From the NCBI GenBank assembly GCA_046861645.1, contig JBHHUM010000065.1, positions 1-11,794 of the forward strand: a DNA stretch of 11,794 nucleotides, read 5' to 3'. Origin of the DNA: Fidelibacterota bacterium. Lineage in GTDB: Bacteria > Fidelibacterota > Marinisomatia > Marinisomatales > UBA2128. Numbering within the stretch: the first letter of the stretch is position 1; every line of letters begins with the position of its first letter. A program made the position numbers and the translations under genes. Shown here in pieces: positions 1 to 7,979 of the stretch. The notes below the pieces were generated by a model, which worked only from the letters and a program-made list of their open reading frames with translations, ran no database searches and had not been told where the DNA came from.

Positions 1-771
1 GAAAAGTCTCGTACTATTAAGGTCAGGCTGGCTTTTAGTAACCCACATCTTAATCTTAAACCAGGAATGTATGCAAACGTAGAAATAGAGACTTCTCCTC
101 TACATAATGTAGTAGCTGTGCCCATGGAGGCCGTACTCTTTACGGGAGAGAGACATCTTGTCTTTGTCGAACTTGAAGAAGGTCGTTTTGCACCCAGGGA
201 TGTTGTCATCGGTATAGAGAGTGGTGATGGATATTATCAAGTTAAAGAAGGTTTATCTGTAGGGGAATCAGTTGTGACTTCCGGGCAGTTTCTCCTTGAT
301 TCAGAAAGCAGGTTGCAGGAAAGTATTGCTAAAATGCTACAGATAAAAAATCAAATTTCTGAACCTTTAGAAGCTGAACAAGAACATGAAGATAAGGGCA
401 CTCAAACAGAAGAACATCAGCATGAATATGAGAAAGAACAAAAGGAGGTTGATGAAATGAATAAAACTAATAACCATGAACATAACCATGAAAACATGAA
501 ACCAATGGATAGCAATATGTCACTCTCATTTGGGAGTCTGGAAGGTGATCTCCTCATCTATTATACTTGCCCGATGGAATCTCATTCCTACGTTCGTTTG
601 AGCGCCCCCGGTAATTGTCCAGACTGTGGAATGCAGCTAGTGAAGAAAACAGAACACTTTGATCAGGAGCAAAAGTACTATACTTGCCCGATGGAGGAAC
701 ATCATCATGTGATTACTAAGGAACCTGGTGATTGTCCTGTTTGTGGTATGGAGTTGGTTGAAGCCGGATAA
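1..771 (+). CDS. cusB: CusB/SilB-type RND efflux periplasmic adaptor, 5'-truncated, with a His/Glu-rich linker and two C-terminal HMBD repeats
   Basis: Frame 1 is open from base 1 (EKSRTIKVRLAFSNPHLNLKPGMYANVEI), so ATG67 is internal. It has the CusB-family motifs LKPGMY, VP..AV and VVTSGQFLLDSESRLQE, lies directly upstream of cusA, and ends in two YTCPM..H..PG.CP.CGM.LV repeats. Confidence 0.93.
   Translation, partial: EKSRTIKVRLAFSNPHLNLKPGMYANVEIETSPLHNVVAVPMEAVLFTGERHLVFVELEEGRFAPRDVVIGIESGDGYYQVKEGLSVGESVVTSGQFLLDSESRLQESIAKMLQIKNQISEPLEAEQEHEDKGTQTEEHQHEYEKEQKEVDEMNKTNNHEHNHENMKPMDSNMSLSFGSLEGDLLIYYTCPMESHSYVRLSAPGNCPDCGMQLVKKTEHFDQEQKYYTCPMEEHHHVITKEPGDCPVCGMELVEAG
562..762 (+). repeat. 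Intragenic tandem duplication encoding two variant HMBDs (117 nt / 39 aa period)
   Basis: The identical 17-mer tatacttgcccgatgga occurs at 562-578 and 679-695. The peptides are YTCPMESHSYVRLSAPGNCPDCGMQLV and YTCPMEEHHHVITKEPGDCPVCGMELV. Confidence 0.9.
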
Positions 772-862
772 CAATGTAAAAGTTATCCCTGCCAATCATA
801 CGATTTAGGTAAGAGCAACATTGAAAGTGTATTTGAAAAAATACTATTAGCAGGAGAAACTG

Positions 863-3800
863 ATGATTGAGAGAATTATAGAATGGTCAATAAATAATCG
901 TTTTATAGTTATACTGGCCGTGGTCTTTGTTATACTGGGTGGTTTTATCGCGATGAGCACTACTCCACTGGATGCTATTCCAGATTTGAGTGATGTGCAG
1001 GTGATCATTCTTACCGAATACCCGGGACAAGCCCCTCAGGTAGTGGAGGATCAGGTGACCTATCCTCTTACAACAGCCATGCTATCCGTTCCATTTGCTA
1101 AAGTGGTACGGGGCTATTCTTTTTTTGGTTTATCATTTGTTTATATCATTTTCGAAGATGGTACAGACATGTACTGGGCCAGGAGTCGGGTGTTGGAATA
1201 TCTCAATTTTGTCTCTGGAAGATTGCCTCAGGGAGTTACGCCACAACTTGGTCCTGATGCGACTGGAGTGGGTTGGGTTTATGAATATACTGTTGAGAGC
1301 GACCGACATGACCTGCAACAACTCCGTTCAATCCAAGACTGGTACTTGCGATATGAACTCATGAGTGTCCCGGGAGTGTCTGAGGTGGCTAGCATTGGTG
1401 GCTATGTAAAGCAATACCAGGTAGAAGTAGATCCCAATAAACTTCTGGCTTTTAACATTCCTCTGAATAAAGTCAAAATGGCTATCAAGAGAAGTAACAA
1501 TGATGTGGGTGGTAAACTGATAGAAATGTCGGAAACCGAGTTCATGGTAAGAGGACTGGGGTATATCAATTCTCTTGATGATATAAAAAGTATCCCCCTT
1601 GGTGTTGATAAGAATGGGACACCTATTCTGTTAAGGAATCTGGCGGATATCCACTTGGGTCCTGAACTCCGTCGTGGACTGGCAGACCGTGATGGTCTTG
1701 GGGAAGTAGTGGGGGGTGTGATTGTCATGCGATATGGCGAAAACGCTCTAAAAGTTATTCATGATGTCAGAGATAAACTTGAAGAACTGAAGACAGGTTT
1801 ACCGGAAGGTGTTAAAATCCTTCCTGCCTATGATCGCTCGCTACTTATCGAAAGGGCTATTGATAACCTCAAGGAAAAACTTCTGGAAGAAAGTTTTGTT
1901 GTCGCTCTGGTGAGCATCGTGTTTCTGCTCCATTTCCGGAGTGCACTGGTAGCCATTTTTACCCTTCCAGTAGGTATACTAATATCTTTTATTATAATGC
2001 GTTATCAGGGGATTAACGCTAACATTATGTCACTGGGTGGAATTGCCATTGCAATTGGAGCTATGGTAGATGCAGCTATTGTAATGATTGAAAATGCCCA
2101 TAAGCATATCGAGAGGGATAAGGGTAAAAGTGATCATTGGCAGTTGATGATTGATGCCTCCAAGGAAGTAGGTCCAGCACTTTTCTATTCACTACTAATC
2201 ATTACTTTCTCATTTCTACCTGTTTTCAGTCTGCAAGCTCAGGAAGGGAGATTATTCACTCCATTAGCTTTCACTAAGACTTATGCCATGGCCGCCTCTG
2301 CATTGTTAGCCATAACTGTTGTTCCTATTCTCATGGGTTATCTGATTAAAGGTAAAATACTCCCTGAAGAGAGAAATCCCATCAACCGCTTTCTGATAAG
2401 AATTTATCGACCCTGTATCAAGTTTGTGCTGAAGTTCAGAAAAACAACCTTGGCGACTTGTGTTGTTATCTTGGTTGTTACCATTATTCCTATTCGAAAT
2501 ATTGGATCAGAGTTCATGCCTCCTTTGAATGAAGGAGACTTGCTCTATATGCCTACAACAGATCCAGGAATCTCCATCACCAAGGCGAGAGAACTTTTAC
2601 AGCAGACGGACAAGATAATTAAGTCTTTCCCGGAAGTTGAGCGGGTCTTCGGGAAGATCGGGAGGGCAGAAACTGCCACTGATCCCGCCCCTTTAAGTAT
2701 GATTGAAACAACTATCACTTTGAAGGAGCTTGAAAAATGGCCTAAACGTAAAACCGTAACCCGTTGGTATTCGAATTGGATGCCAGAATGGATGGCAAAA
2801 CCTTTTAGATGGCTTTGGCCTGAACATCAACCAGTTAAAGTAGAGGAGTTAGTGGAAGAACTGAATGCTGCCATACAGTTTCCAGGTTTAACTAACGCCT
2901 GGACGATGCCGATTAAAACCCGCATCGACATGCTCAGTACAGGTATAAAGACTCCAGTGGGTATCAAATTGATGGGCTCAAATCTTGATACCCTTAATGT
3001 TTTAGGTGCAAGAGTACAGGCCATAGTCCAGAAACTTCCAGGGACATTAAGTGCTTTTGCCGATAAAGTTACCGGGGGGAATTTCCTCGATTTCGAAATC
3101 AATAGGGAGGAGGCTGCACGTTACGGTCTAACAGTTGGTGATATTCAGGATATCATCCAGTCGGCAGTGGGAGGTATGAATGTTAGTTTTACTGTGGAAG
3201 GTCTGGAAAGGTATCCTATTAATGTTCGCTATAGCAGGGAACTGCGGGATAGTATTAGTAAACTGAAACGGGTAATTATTCCAACTCCAACAGGTACCCA
3301 GATTCCCATCAGCCAGGTAGCAGATATTCGAATCCGTAAAGGTGCACCCGTTATCAAGAGTGAAAATGCGAGGAATACCGGGTGGATTTATGTTGATATT
3401 ACTGGTATCGATGTTGGAACCTATGTAAAGAGGGCTCAGCAGGCAGTAAAAAAGGAACTCAAACTACCTGAAGGTTACTCAGTAGTCTGGAGTGGACAAT
3501 ATGAGTATATGGAACGGGCATCAAAGCGATTAAAAGTAGTGGTTCCTGTGACTCTACTCATAATTTTCCTACTCCTCTATTTTAATTTCAAGAATGTAAC
3601 AGAAAGCGTTATAGTAATGTTGTCCCTTCCTTTCTCTTTAGTAGGCGGCTTTTGGTTTATGTATTTACTGGACTACAACATGAGTGTTGCAGTCGGTGTA
3701 GGCTTTATTGCTCTGGCTGGTGTGGCAGCTGAAACGGGCGTAGTCATGCTTATCTATCTTGATCACGCTTTCACCAGGAGAGCAGAGCGAGGTAAAATGA

Positions 3801-4078
3801 AATCTTTGAAGGACTTGTATGGAGCCGTAATGGAGGGTGCAGTAGAACGTGTTCGACCGAAAATGATGACTGTTACAGCAATAATGGCCGGACTTCTTCC
3901 AATTCTTTGGGGTCATGGTACAGGTTCCCAGGTAATGAAACGTATTGCCGCACCAATGGTAGGTGGAATGGTTACTTCTACGCTTCTTACTCTGTTAGTT
4001 ATCCCGACCATTTACTATTTATGGAGATCTATAAATGTTGGTAAAAGTAGAAAGGAGAATCAGAATGAAAGAGATTAA
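863..4078 (+). CDS. cusA: CusA/SilA family heavy-metal efflux RND transporter (Cu+/Ag+)
   Basis: 1071 aa with motifs LDAIPDLSDVQVI, GPDATGVGWVYEY, GAMVDAAIVMIEN and RVRPKMMT. The CusA periplasmic Met triad is intact (GDLLYMP, APLSMIET, RIDMLSTG). SD aggag at 852-856. Confidence 0.97.
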   Translation: MIERIIEWSINNRFIVILAVVFVILGGFIAMSTTPLDAIPDLSDVQVIILTEYPGQAPQVVEDQVTYPLTTAMLSVPFAKVVRGYSFFGLSFVYIIFEDGTDMYWARSRVLEYLNFVSGRLPQGVTPQLGPDATGVGWVYEYTVESDRHDLQQLRSIQDWYLRYELMSVPGVSEVASIGGYVKQYQVEVDPNKLLAFNIPLNKVKMAIKRSNNDVGGKLIEMSETEFMVRGLGYINSLDDIKSIPLGVDKNGTPILLRNLADIHLGPELRRGLADRDGLGEVVGGVIVMRYGENALKVIHDVRDKLEELKTGLPEGVKILPAYDRSLLIERAIDNLKEKLLEESFVVALVSIVFLLHFRSALVAIFTLPVGILISFIIMRYQGINANIMSLGGIAIAIGAMVDAAIVMIENAHKHIERDKGKSDHWQLMIDASKEVGPALFYSLLIITFSFLPVFSLQAQEGRLFTPLAFTKTYAMAASALLAITVVPILMGYLIKGKILPEERNPINRFLIRIYRPCIKFVLKFRKTTLATCVVILVVTIIPIRNIGSEFMPPLNEGDLLYMPTTDPGISITKARELLQQTDKIIKSFPEVERVFGKIGRAETATDPAPLSMIETTITLKELEKWPKRKTVTRWYSNWMPEWMAKPFRWLWPEHQPVKVEELVEELNAAIQFPGLTNAWTMPIKTRIDMLSTGIKTPVGIKLMGSNLDTLNVLGARVQAIVQKLPGTLSAFADKVTGGNFLDFEINREEAARYGLTVGDIQDIIQSAVGGMNVSFTVEGLERYPINVRYSRELRDSISKLKRVIIPTPTGTQIPISQVADIRIRKGAPVIKSENARNTGWIYVDITGIDVGTYVKRAQQAVKKELKLPEGYSVVWSGQYEYMERASKRLKVVVPVTLLIIFLLLYFNFKNVTESVIVMLSLPFSLVGGFWFMYLLDYNMSVAVGVGFIALAGVAAETGVVMLIYLDHAFTRRAERGKMKSLKDLYGAVMEGAVERVRPKMMTVTAIMAGLLPILWGHGTGSQVMKRIAAPMVGGMVTSTLLTLLVIPTIYYLWRSINVGKSRKENQNERD

Positions 4079-4427
4079 AGCCTACATTCGCTGTTCAGCA
4101 GTAGAAAGGGTTATTCAGGCACTCCACAAAATCGGTGTGGAAAATCTAACTGTTATTGATGTTATGGCTTTAGGTAAAGGGATGATCGATCCAGATCATT
4201 ATAAATACTCAATAGAGTGTGTAGAGAAGTATTCATCAGTGGCAAAAATCGAAATAATTTGTGCAGATAAGGATACAGGTAAAATAATAGAAACTGTACA
4301 AACTGAAGCTTATTCTGGAGAGAAAGGTGATGGCGTTATTTTTGTATCAAACATCAGCCGAGCAATAAAAATCCGGACAGGTGAAAGGGGGGAGAATGTA
4401 CTACAACCAGAAATAGTACGGAATTAA
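4065..4427 (+). CDS. P-II family (GlnB-like) protein of the non-canonical type associated with heavy-metal RND pumps
   Basis: Start revised from 4035 to ATG4065 (SD aaggag 4052-4057), giving 120 aa. MKEIKAYIR...KIEII...SGEKGDGVIFV...IKIRTGE aligns with the P-II fold. It overlaps the cusA end by 14 nt. Confidence 0.9.
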   Translation: MKEIKAYIRCSAVERVIQALHKIGVENLTVIDVMALGKGMIDPDHYKYSIECVEKYSSVAKIEIICADKDTGKIIETVQTEAYSGEKGDGVIFVSNISRAIKIRTGERGENVLQPEIVRN

Positions 4428-4484
4428 CAATTAATAGAGGAAATAACATCTTCTGTGGGTAATTAGAAATGATAGTTCAGTTAG

Positions 4485-4522
4485 TTGATAATCTAATCGT
4501 TCTACAAAATAATACCTGTAGA
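4485..4522 (+). promoter_or_regulatory. Possible internal sigma70-like promoter overlapped by an inverted repeat
   Basis: TTGATA (4485-4490)-N17-AATAAT (4508-4513). TCTACA (4501-4506) and TGTAGA (4517-4522) form an inverted pair around the putative -10. The context is AT-rich, so a chance match is plausible. Confidence 0.25.
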
Positions 4523-4537
4523 TAATAGGAGGAAAAG

Positions 4538-4948
4538 ATGAAAAGCACAAAACCTGCAGTGACTATTTTAATCGTATTGAGTCTAATGATACCAGCGGTT
4601 TTATTACACGCTCAAGAACCTGTAAGTAACCCACCAGTTAACACTTCAAAAGAGCAGCCTATTGTACGTGTTGAAGCTGATCATGTGTGTATGGGTATGG
4701 GTGTAAATCGTGTGTTTGACAAGGTACTCTTACCCGCAGTTGTTGATGGGAAGACTTATTATGGTTGTTGCGAGGGGTGTCAAGCTAACCTTTTGAAGAA
4801 TCCCAATAGCAGGATAGCAATTGATCCCGTTACCGGGGAAGTTGTGGATAAGGCAACAGCTGTTATTGGTGCTCTATCTAATGGTGTCGTGCATTATTTC
4901 GAGAATGAGGAAACAATGAAGCAGTTTGCTGAACTTATTCAACAGTAG
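4538..4948 (+). CDS. Exported YHS/TRASH-like metal-binding protein
   Basis: SD aggagg at 4527-4532 and a Sec signal peptide ending LLHA/QE. Motifs HVCM...VDGKTYYGCCEGC and DPVTGEVVDKA...HYFENE suggest two YHS/TRASH-like halves, the second without Cys. Confidence 0.75.
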   Translation: MKSTKPAVTILIVLSLMIPAVLLHAQEPVSNPPVNTSKEQPIVRVEADHVCMGMGVNRVFDKVLLPAVVDGKTYYGCCEGCQANLLKNPNSRIAIDPVTGEVVDKATAVIGALSNGVVHYFENEETMKQFAELIQQ

Positions 4949-5052
4949 AAATGATACAAAAAGATCATACACTTTGGTAGTAACTGGATGTTGTAGGATG
5001 GCTCGTGAAGAACCCTGGTAAATATTTCCGGATAAGATTTACTTCATCTCTT

Positions 5053-5077
5053 AGGTTAACTCCCAGGGATTTAACCT
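5053..5077. promoter_or_regulatory. 25-bp near-perfect palindrome (candidate operator or RNA hairpin)
   Basis: AGGTTAA-C-TCCC-A-GGGA-T-TTAACCT has 11 of 12 symmetric pairs matching. It lies in the intergenic gap about 17 nt upstream of the SD of the DUF2231 gene. The palindrome is directly visible, but its function is not established. Confidence 0.55.
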
Positions 5078-5107
5078 GTTTACGTGGCTAAGAAAAGGAG
5101 ATAGAAT

Positions 5108-5644
5108 ATGTTCGATGGATTGAATGCATTGCAAGGTATACATCCTCTCGTAGTTCATTTTCCTATCGTGTTGACGCTTTTAGCTCTGTTAAGTGAAATA
5201 TGGGCGCAACTGATAGGTCTACCTGACGACTTGAAGAAAGCTCCAACATTACTACTTTATCTTTCCGCTTTAAGCGCTGTTTTCACTGTTGGAACTGGCT
5301 TCTGGACAACCGAACTACTTGGGCATGATACGCCGGGTCATGAGTTTGTCCATGATCACAGGAATGTAATGGTCTGGTATACATCAATCCTTGTCTTGGG
5401 GACTTTCGTACATGTTTTCGTCAAGAAGTGTCAGTCTGGGATATTTCGGCTATTCTTACTGATTGTCACAACTGGAATCATGGTTGTGGGGACAGACCTG
5501 GGCGGTCAATTGGTCTATCGGTATGGAGTAGGCGTGAGAAGTGGGATTTCATCAAGTGAAAATAGTGAGGATCAGGGGGAAACCGAGGGGCAGGAAAAGC
5601 AGGAAACTCACATACACTCCAACGGTTCCGAGCACGTTCATTGA
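5108..5644 (+). CDS. DUF2231-family integral membrane protein with a His-rich C-terminal tail
   Basis: SD aaggag at 5095-5100. Motifs HPLVVHFPI, HEFVHDH and GGQLVYRYGVG, about four hydrophobic segments, and a C-terminus of THIHSNGSEHVH. Confidence 0.85.
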   Translation: MFDGLNALQGIHPLVVHFPIVLTLLALLSEIWAQLIGLPDDLKKAPTLLLYLSALSAVFTVGTGFWTTELLGHDTPGHEFVHDHRNVMVWYTSILVLGTFVHVFVKKCQSGIFRLFLLIVTTGIMVVGTDLGGQLVYRYGVGVRSGISSSENSEDQGETEGQEKQETHIHSNGSEHVH

Positions 5645-5657
5645 TGATGGGCAAGAA

Positions 5658-7904
5658 ATGAAGAGGATAAACAATAAGAGGTCACACAGGTTCTTCTTAA
5701 GGACTGTTCACCCGTTTGCTCCCCGGTCATTTCAGTTCGTCGCTATCTTGTCTCTTATTGTAAGCCTCGGATTTGGGCAGGAAGACTTCCCATCAGGGTC
5801 TATCGTGGGTACTGTTAATAGCAGCGAAGGCCCATTGACTGGAGTGCAAGTCTGGCTGGAAGGGTCCGAGGTGGGTGATATCACCGATTCACTGGGAATG
5901 TATCGGTTGGAGATTCTATCTCCTGGAGATTATCAAGTTGTCTTCCGACATATTGGGTACAAAGAGGAAACAAGAAAAATTACAGTAGTAGAAGCGAGGG
6001 AAGAGCAGATTATTAATATCGAGTTGAACCAAGTGGCGGTTGAAATGGATGCGATCTTAGTGACGCCCAAGGAGGAGGGGTTCGATCCTTCTGGTATCAC
6101 TGCTCGATTGACAACCCGTATGATTCAAGAAGCTCCTGGGGCCGCGCAGGACATCTTTCTGGTGCTGCAGACTCTTCCCGGGGTCTCTTCGGGTGGGGAC
6201 GATTCGAAGCTATTTGTGAGAGGCGGAAGGCCTGAAGAGAACCTCATAGTCTACGATGGCGCCACAATTCCAAACCCGTTCCATTTTGATTTTATCGGTG
6301 GCGGGTTTTACTCAATTTTCAATTCTGCTCTTGTTGAGAATGTAGAGTTCTATTCAGGATGGTTTCCTGCTCGCTACGGAGATCGTCTTTCGTCAGTAAT
6401 GATAATCGAGAACCGGGAGGCAAATCGTGAAAGAACAAGAGCCGAGATTTCCTTGAGCATGTCTGATTTGTCTGGAATGGTCGAAGCGCCCATTTCTAGC
6501 ACAGCTGCTACTATCCTGAGCATTCGCCGCAGCTATTTTGATCTTCTTCTCAATGAATCAGGATTTGGTGGTAAATACGATCTCCTGCCCTTTTTCTATG
6601 ATGTGAATTCCCGGACTGACGTTTTTCTCGCAGACAGACACCGACTGTCAATAAATCTTCTATACTCACGTGAAGAAATGTCTGGAGAGTTTGATGAACC
6701 TCACTGGGAAGGAATGCATAATTGGTCAAGTGAAAACTGGACTGCGGCGATGAGACTGCGATCACTTTTTTCAGAGAGCTTTGCATCTGATCTAAACATC
6801 TATTGGAGCGAAGGGAGCAACAGAGCCAGCCACGCTGATGACATAGGTACTGAGAATACCAGGAAAGGGGAGGTGGCGATTAAAGAGGATATTGCTATAC
6901 GTAGAGGTGTCCACGAGTTTCATCTTGGCATGTGGCTGGTGCAGGATCGAGGTGAAATGAGAATCAACTTGCCTTTAGATCTGGCATACAATTTTGAGCC
7001 GCTTGCCTTTGAATCAAACGGCAATACCACTAAACTTGCACTCTACGCGGGCGATACATGGAGAGTTACTGACAAGATTTCATTGAACCTGGGCGTTAGG
7101 GGAGACCATATTATTATCAGTTCGGAGACCATCCTGTCACCTAGACTGAATCTGGTCGTTAATCCGACAGAGACTGTCCAGCTTTCAGCCAACTATGGTT
7201 TGTATACACAGAGCCCTCCAGCATATGAACTAAAGAATAACATCCAGCTTCGATCAAGGCAATCGCATTCCTGGGGAATAGGTATTTCAGGTACTTTCTC
7301 ATCAGATGCTTTCTGGAGTTTTGAAGGCTATCGGAAACAACTTTCCAGTTTAATGACAATCGATTCCGTGGGGAACTTCACCAGTGAAGGAGAAGGTAGT
7401 ACAACCGGTTATGAACTTTACGTACAGAGAAAGAGCGGAGATAGTTTCATCGGTTGGGGCTCAGTGACCTACTCTGTTGCCAAAAGAATGGAGCAGACAG
7501 CCGAGGAGATAACACTATTCGACTATGATCAAACCTATATGGTTACGGCGGTAGGTCAGTATCGCCCGTCAAAGAAATGGAAACTGAGTCTGCGGTTCCG
7601 CTACGCAACAGGAAAACCCTACACTCCCGCAGAAGGGGGCTGGTACAACGCTGATGCTCAAAGATTTTTTCCGGTTGTTGGAGAAAGAAACTCTTCCCGA
7701 TATCCACCATATCATCGGCTTGACATCCGGGTTGCACGATACTTTCCACAGATACTCGGAGGACTGACTGTCTATTTGGAGACAATTAATACGTATGATC
7801 GAGACAACGTTGCCTATTATATCTGGAGTGAAGATTTCTCCAGCAAGAGGAACTTCACTGTGTTCCCATTTATTCCCGTAATAGGCATAGATTTGATGTT
7901 ATAG
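5658..7904 (+). CDS. TonB-dependent outer-membrane receptor with an N-terminal CarboxypepD_reg-like domain
   Basis: Start revised from 5541 to ATG5658, which removes the overlap with DUF2231 and gives a basic-plus-hydrophobic signal peptide, although the SD is weak. It has a GSIVGTV...ITDSLGMY...HIGY N-domain, plug motifs LQTLPGVS, VRGG..EENLI.YDG and FPARYG.RLSSV, and barrel motifs LNLGVR.D, SPRL.L and YHRLDIR. Confidence 0.9.
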   Translation: MKRINNKRSHRFFLRTVHPFAPRSFQFVAILSLIVSLGFGQEDFPSGSIVGTVNSSEGPLTGVQVWLEGSEVGDITDSLGMYRLEILSPGDYQVVFRHIGYKEETRKITVVEAREEQIINIELNQVAVEMDAILVTPKEEGFDPSGITARLTTRMIQEAPGAAQDIFLVLQTLPGVSSGGDDSKLFVRGGRPEENLIVYDGATIPNPFHFDFIGGGFYSIFNSALVENVEFYSGWFPARYGDRLSSVMIIENREANRERTRAEISLSMSDLSGMVEAPISSTAATILSIRRSYFDLLLNESGFGGKYDLLPFFYDVNSRTDVFLADRHRLSINLLYSREEMSGEFDEPHWEGMHNWSSENWTAAMRLRSLFSESFASDLNIYWSEGSNRASHADDIGTENTRKGEVAIKEDIAIRRGVHEFHLGMWLVQDRGEMRINLPLDLAYNFEPLAFESNGNTTKLALYAGDTWRVTDKISLNLGVRGDHIIISSETILSPRLNLVVNPTETVQLSANYGLYTQSPPAYELKNNIQLRSRQSHSWGIGISGTFSSDAFWSFEGYRKQLSSLMTIDSVGNFTSEGEGSTTGYELYVQRKSGDSFIGWGSVTYSVAKRMEQTAEEITLFDYDQTYMVTAVGQYRPSKKWKLSLRFRYATGKPYTPAEGGWYNADAQRFFPVVGERNSSRYPPYHRLDIRVARYFPQILGGLTVYLETINTYDRDNVAYYIWSEDFSSKRNFTVFPFIPVIGIDLML

Positions 7905-7979
7905 AAATGGAAATACATATTTGAATCGATAATCACAATATCATGAACGAATCAAACAAATGAACAGTAGGAGCTAATC

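Noticed and set aside
768..850. CopY-box-like AACAATGTA and a TTGAAA...TACTAT promoter-like pair in the cusB-cusA gap
   Set aside because: The box spacing is wrong for TACA-N2-TGTA and the -35/-10 spacer is only 15 nt. Both are compatible with chance in AT-rich DNA.
1095..3916. Short alternative-frame and antisense ORFs inside cusA (1095+, 1133-, 1402-, 2827-, 3665-)
   Set aside because: They are nested in a well-supported gene and have no protein-like motifs.
4035..4064. Upstream ATG for the P-II gene
   Set aside because: ATG4065 has a good SD and matches the MKxIxAxIR start of P-II proteins.
4065..4427. Calling the P-II gene glnB or glnK
   Set aside because: It lacks Q39, K58 and Y51 equivalents and has no amtB or glnA context.
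5541..5657. 39-aa N-terminal extension of the TBDR given by the ORF track
   Set aside because: It would overlap DUF2231 by about 100 nt and displace the signal peptide. ATG5658 is more plausible.
7905..7979. ATGAAC direct repeat and tiny ORFs upstream of copA (possible ArsR/SmtB site or leader peptide)
   Set aside because: There is no dyad symmetry, the mini-ORFs have no SD, and I saw no CueR- or CsoR-like operator.
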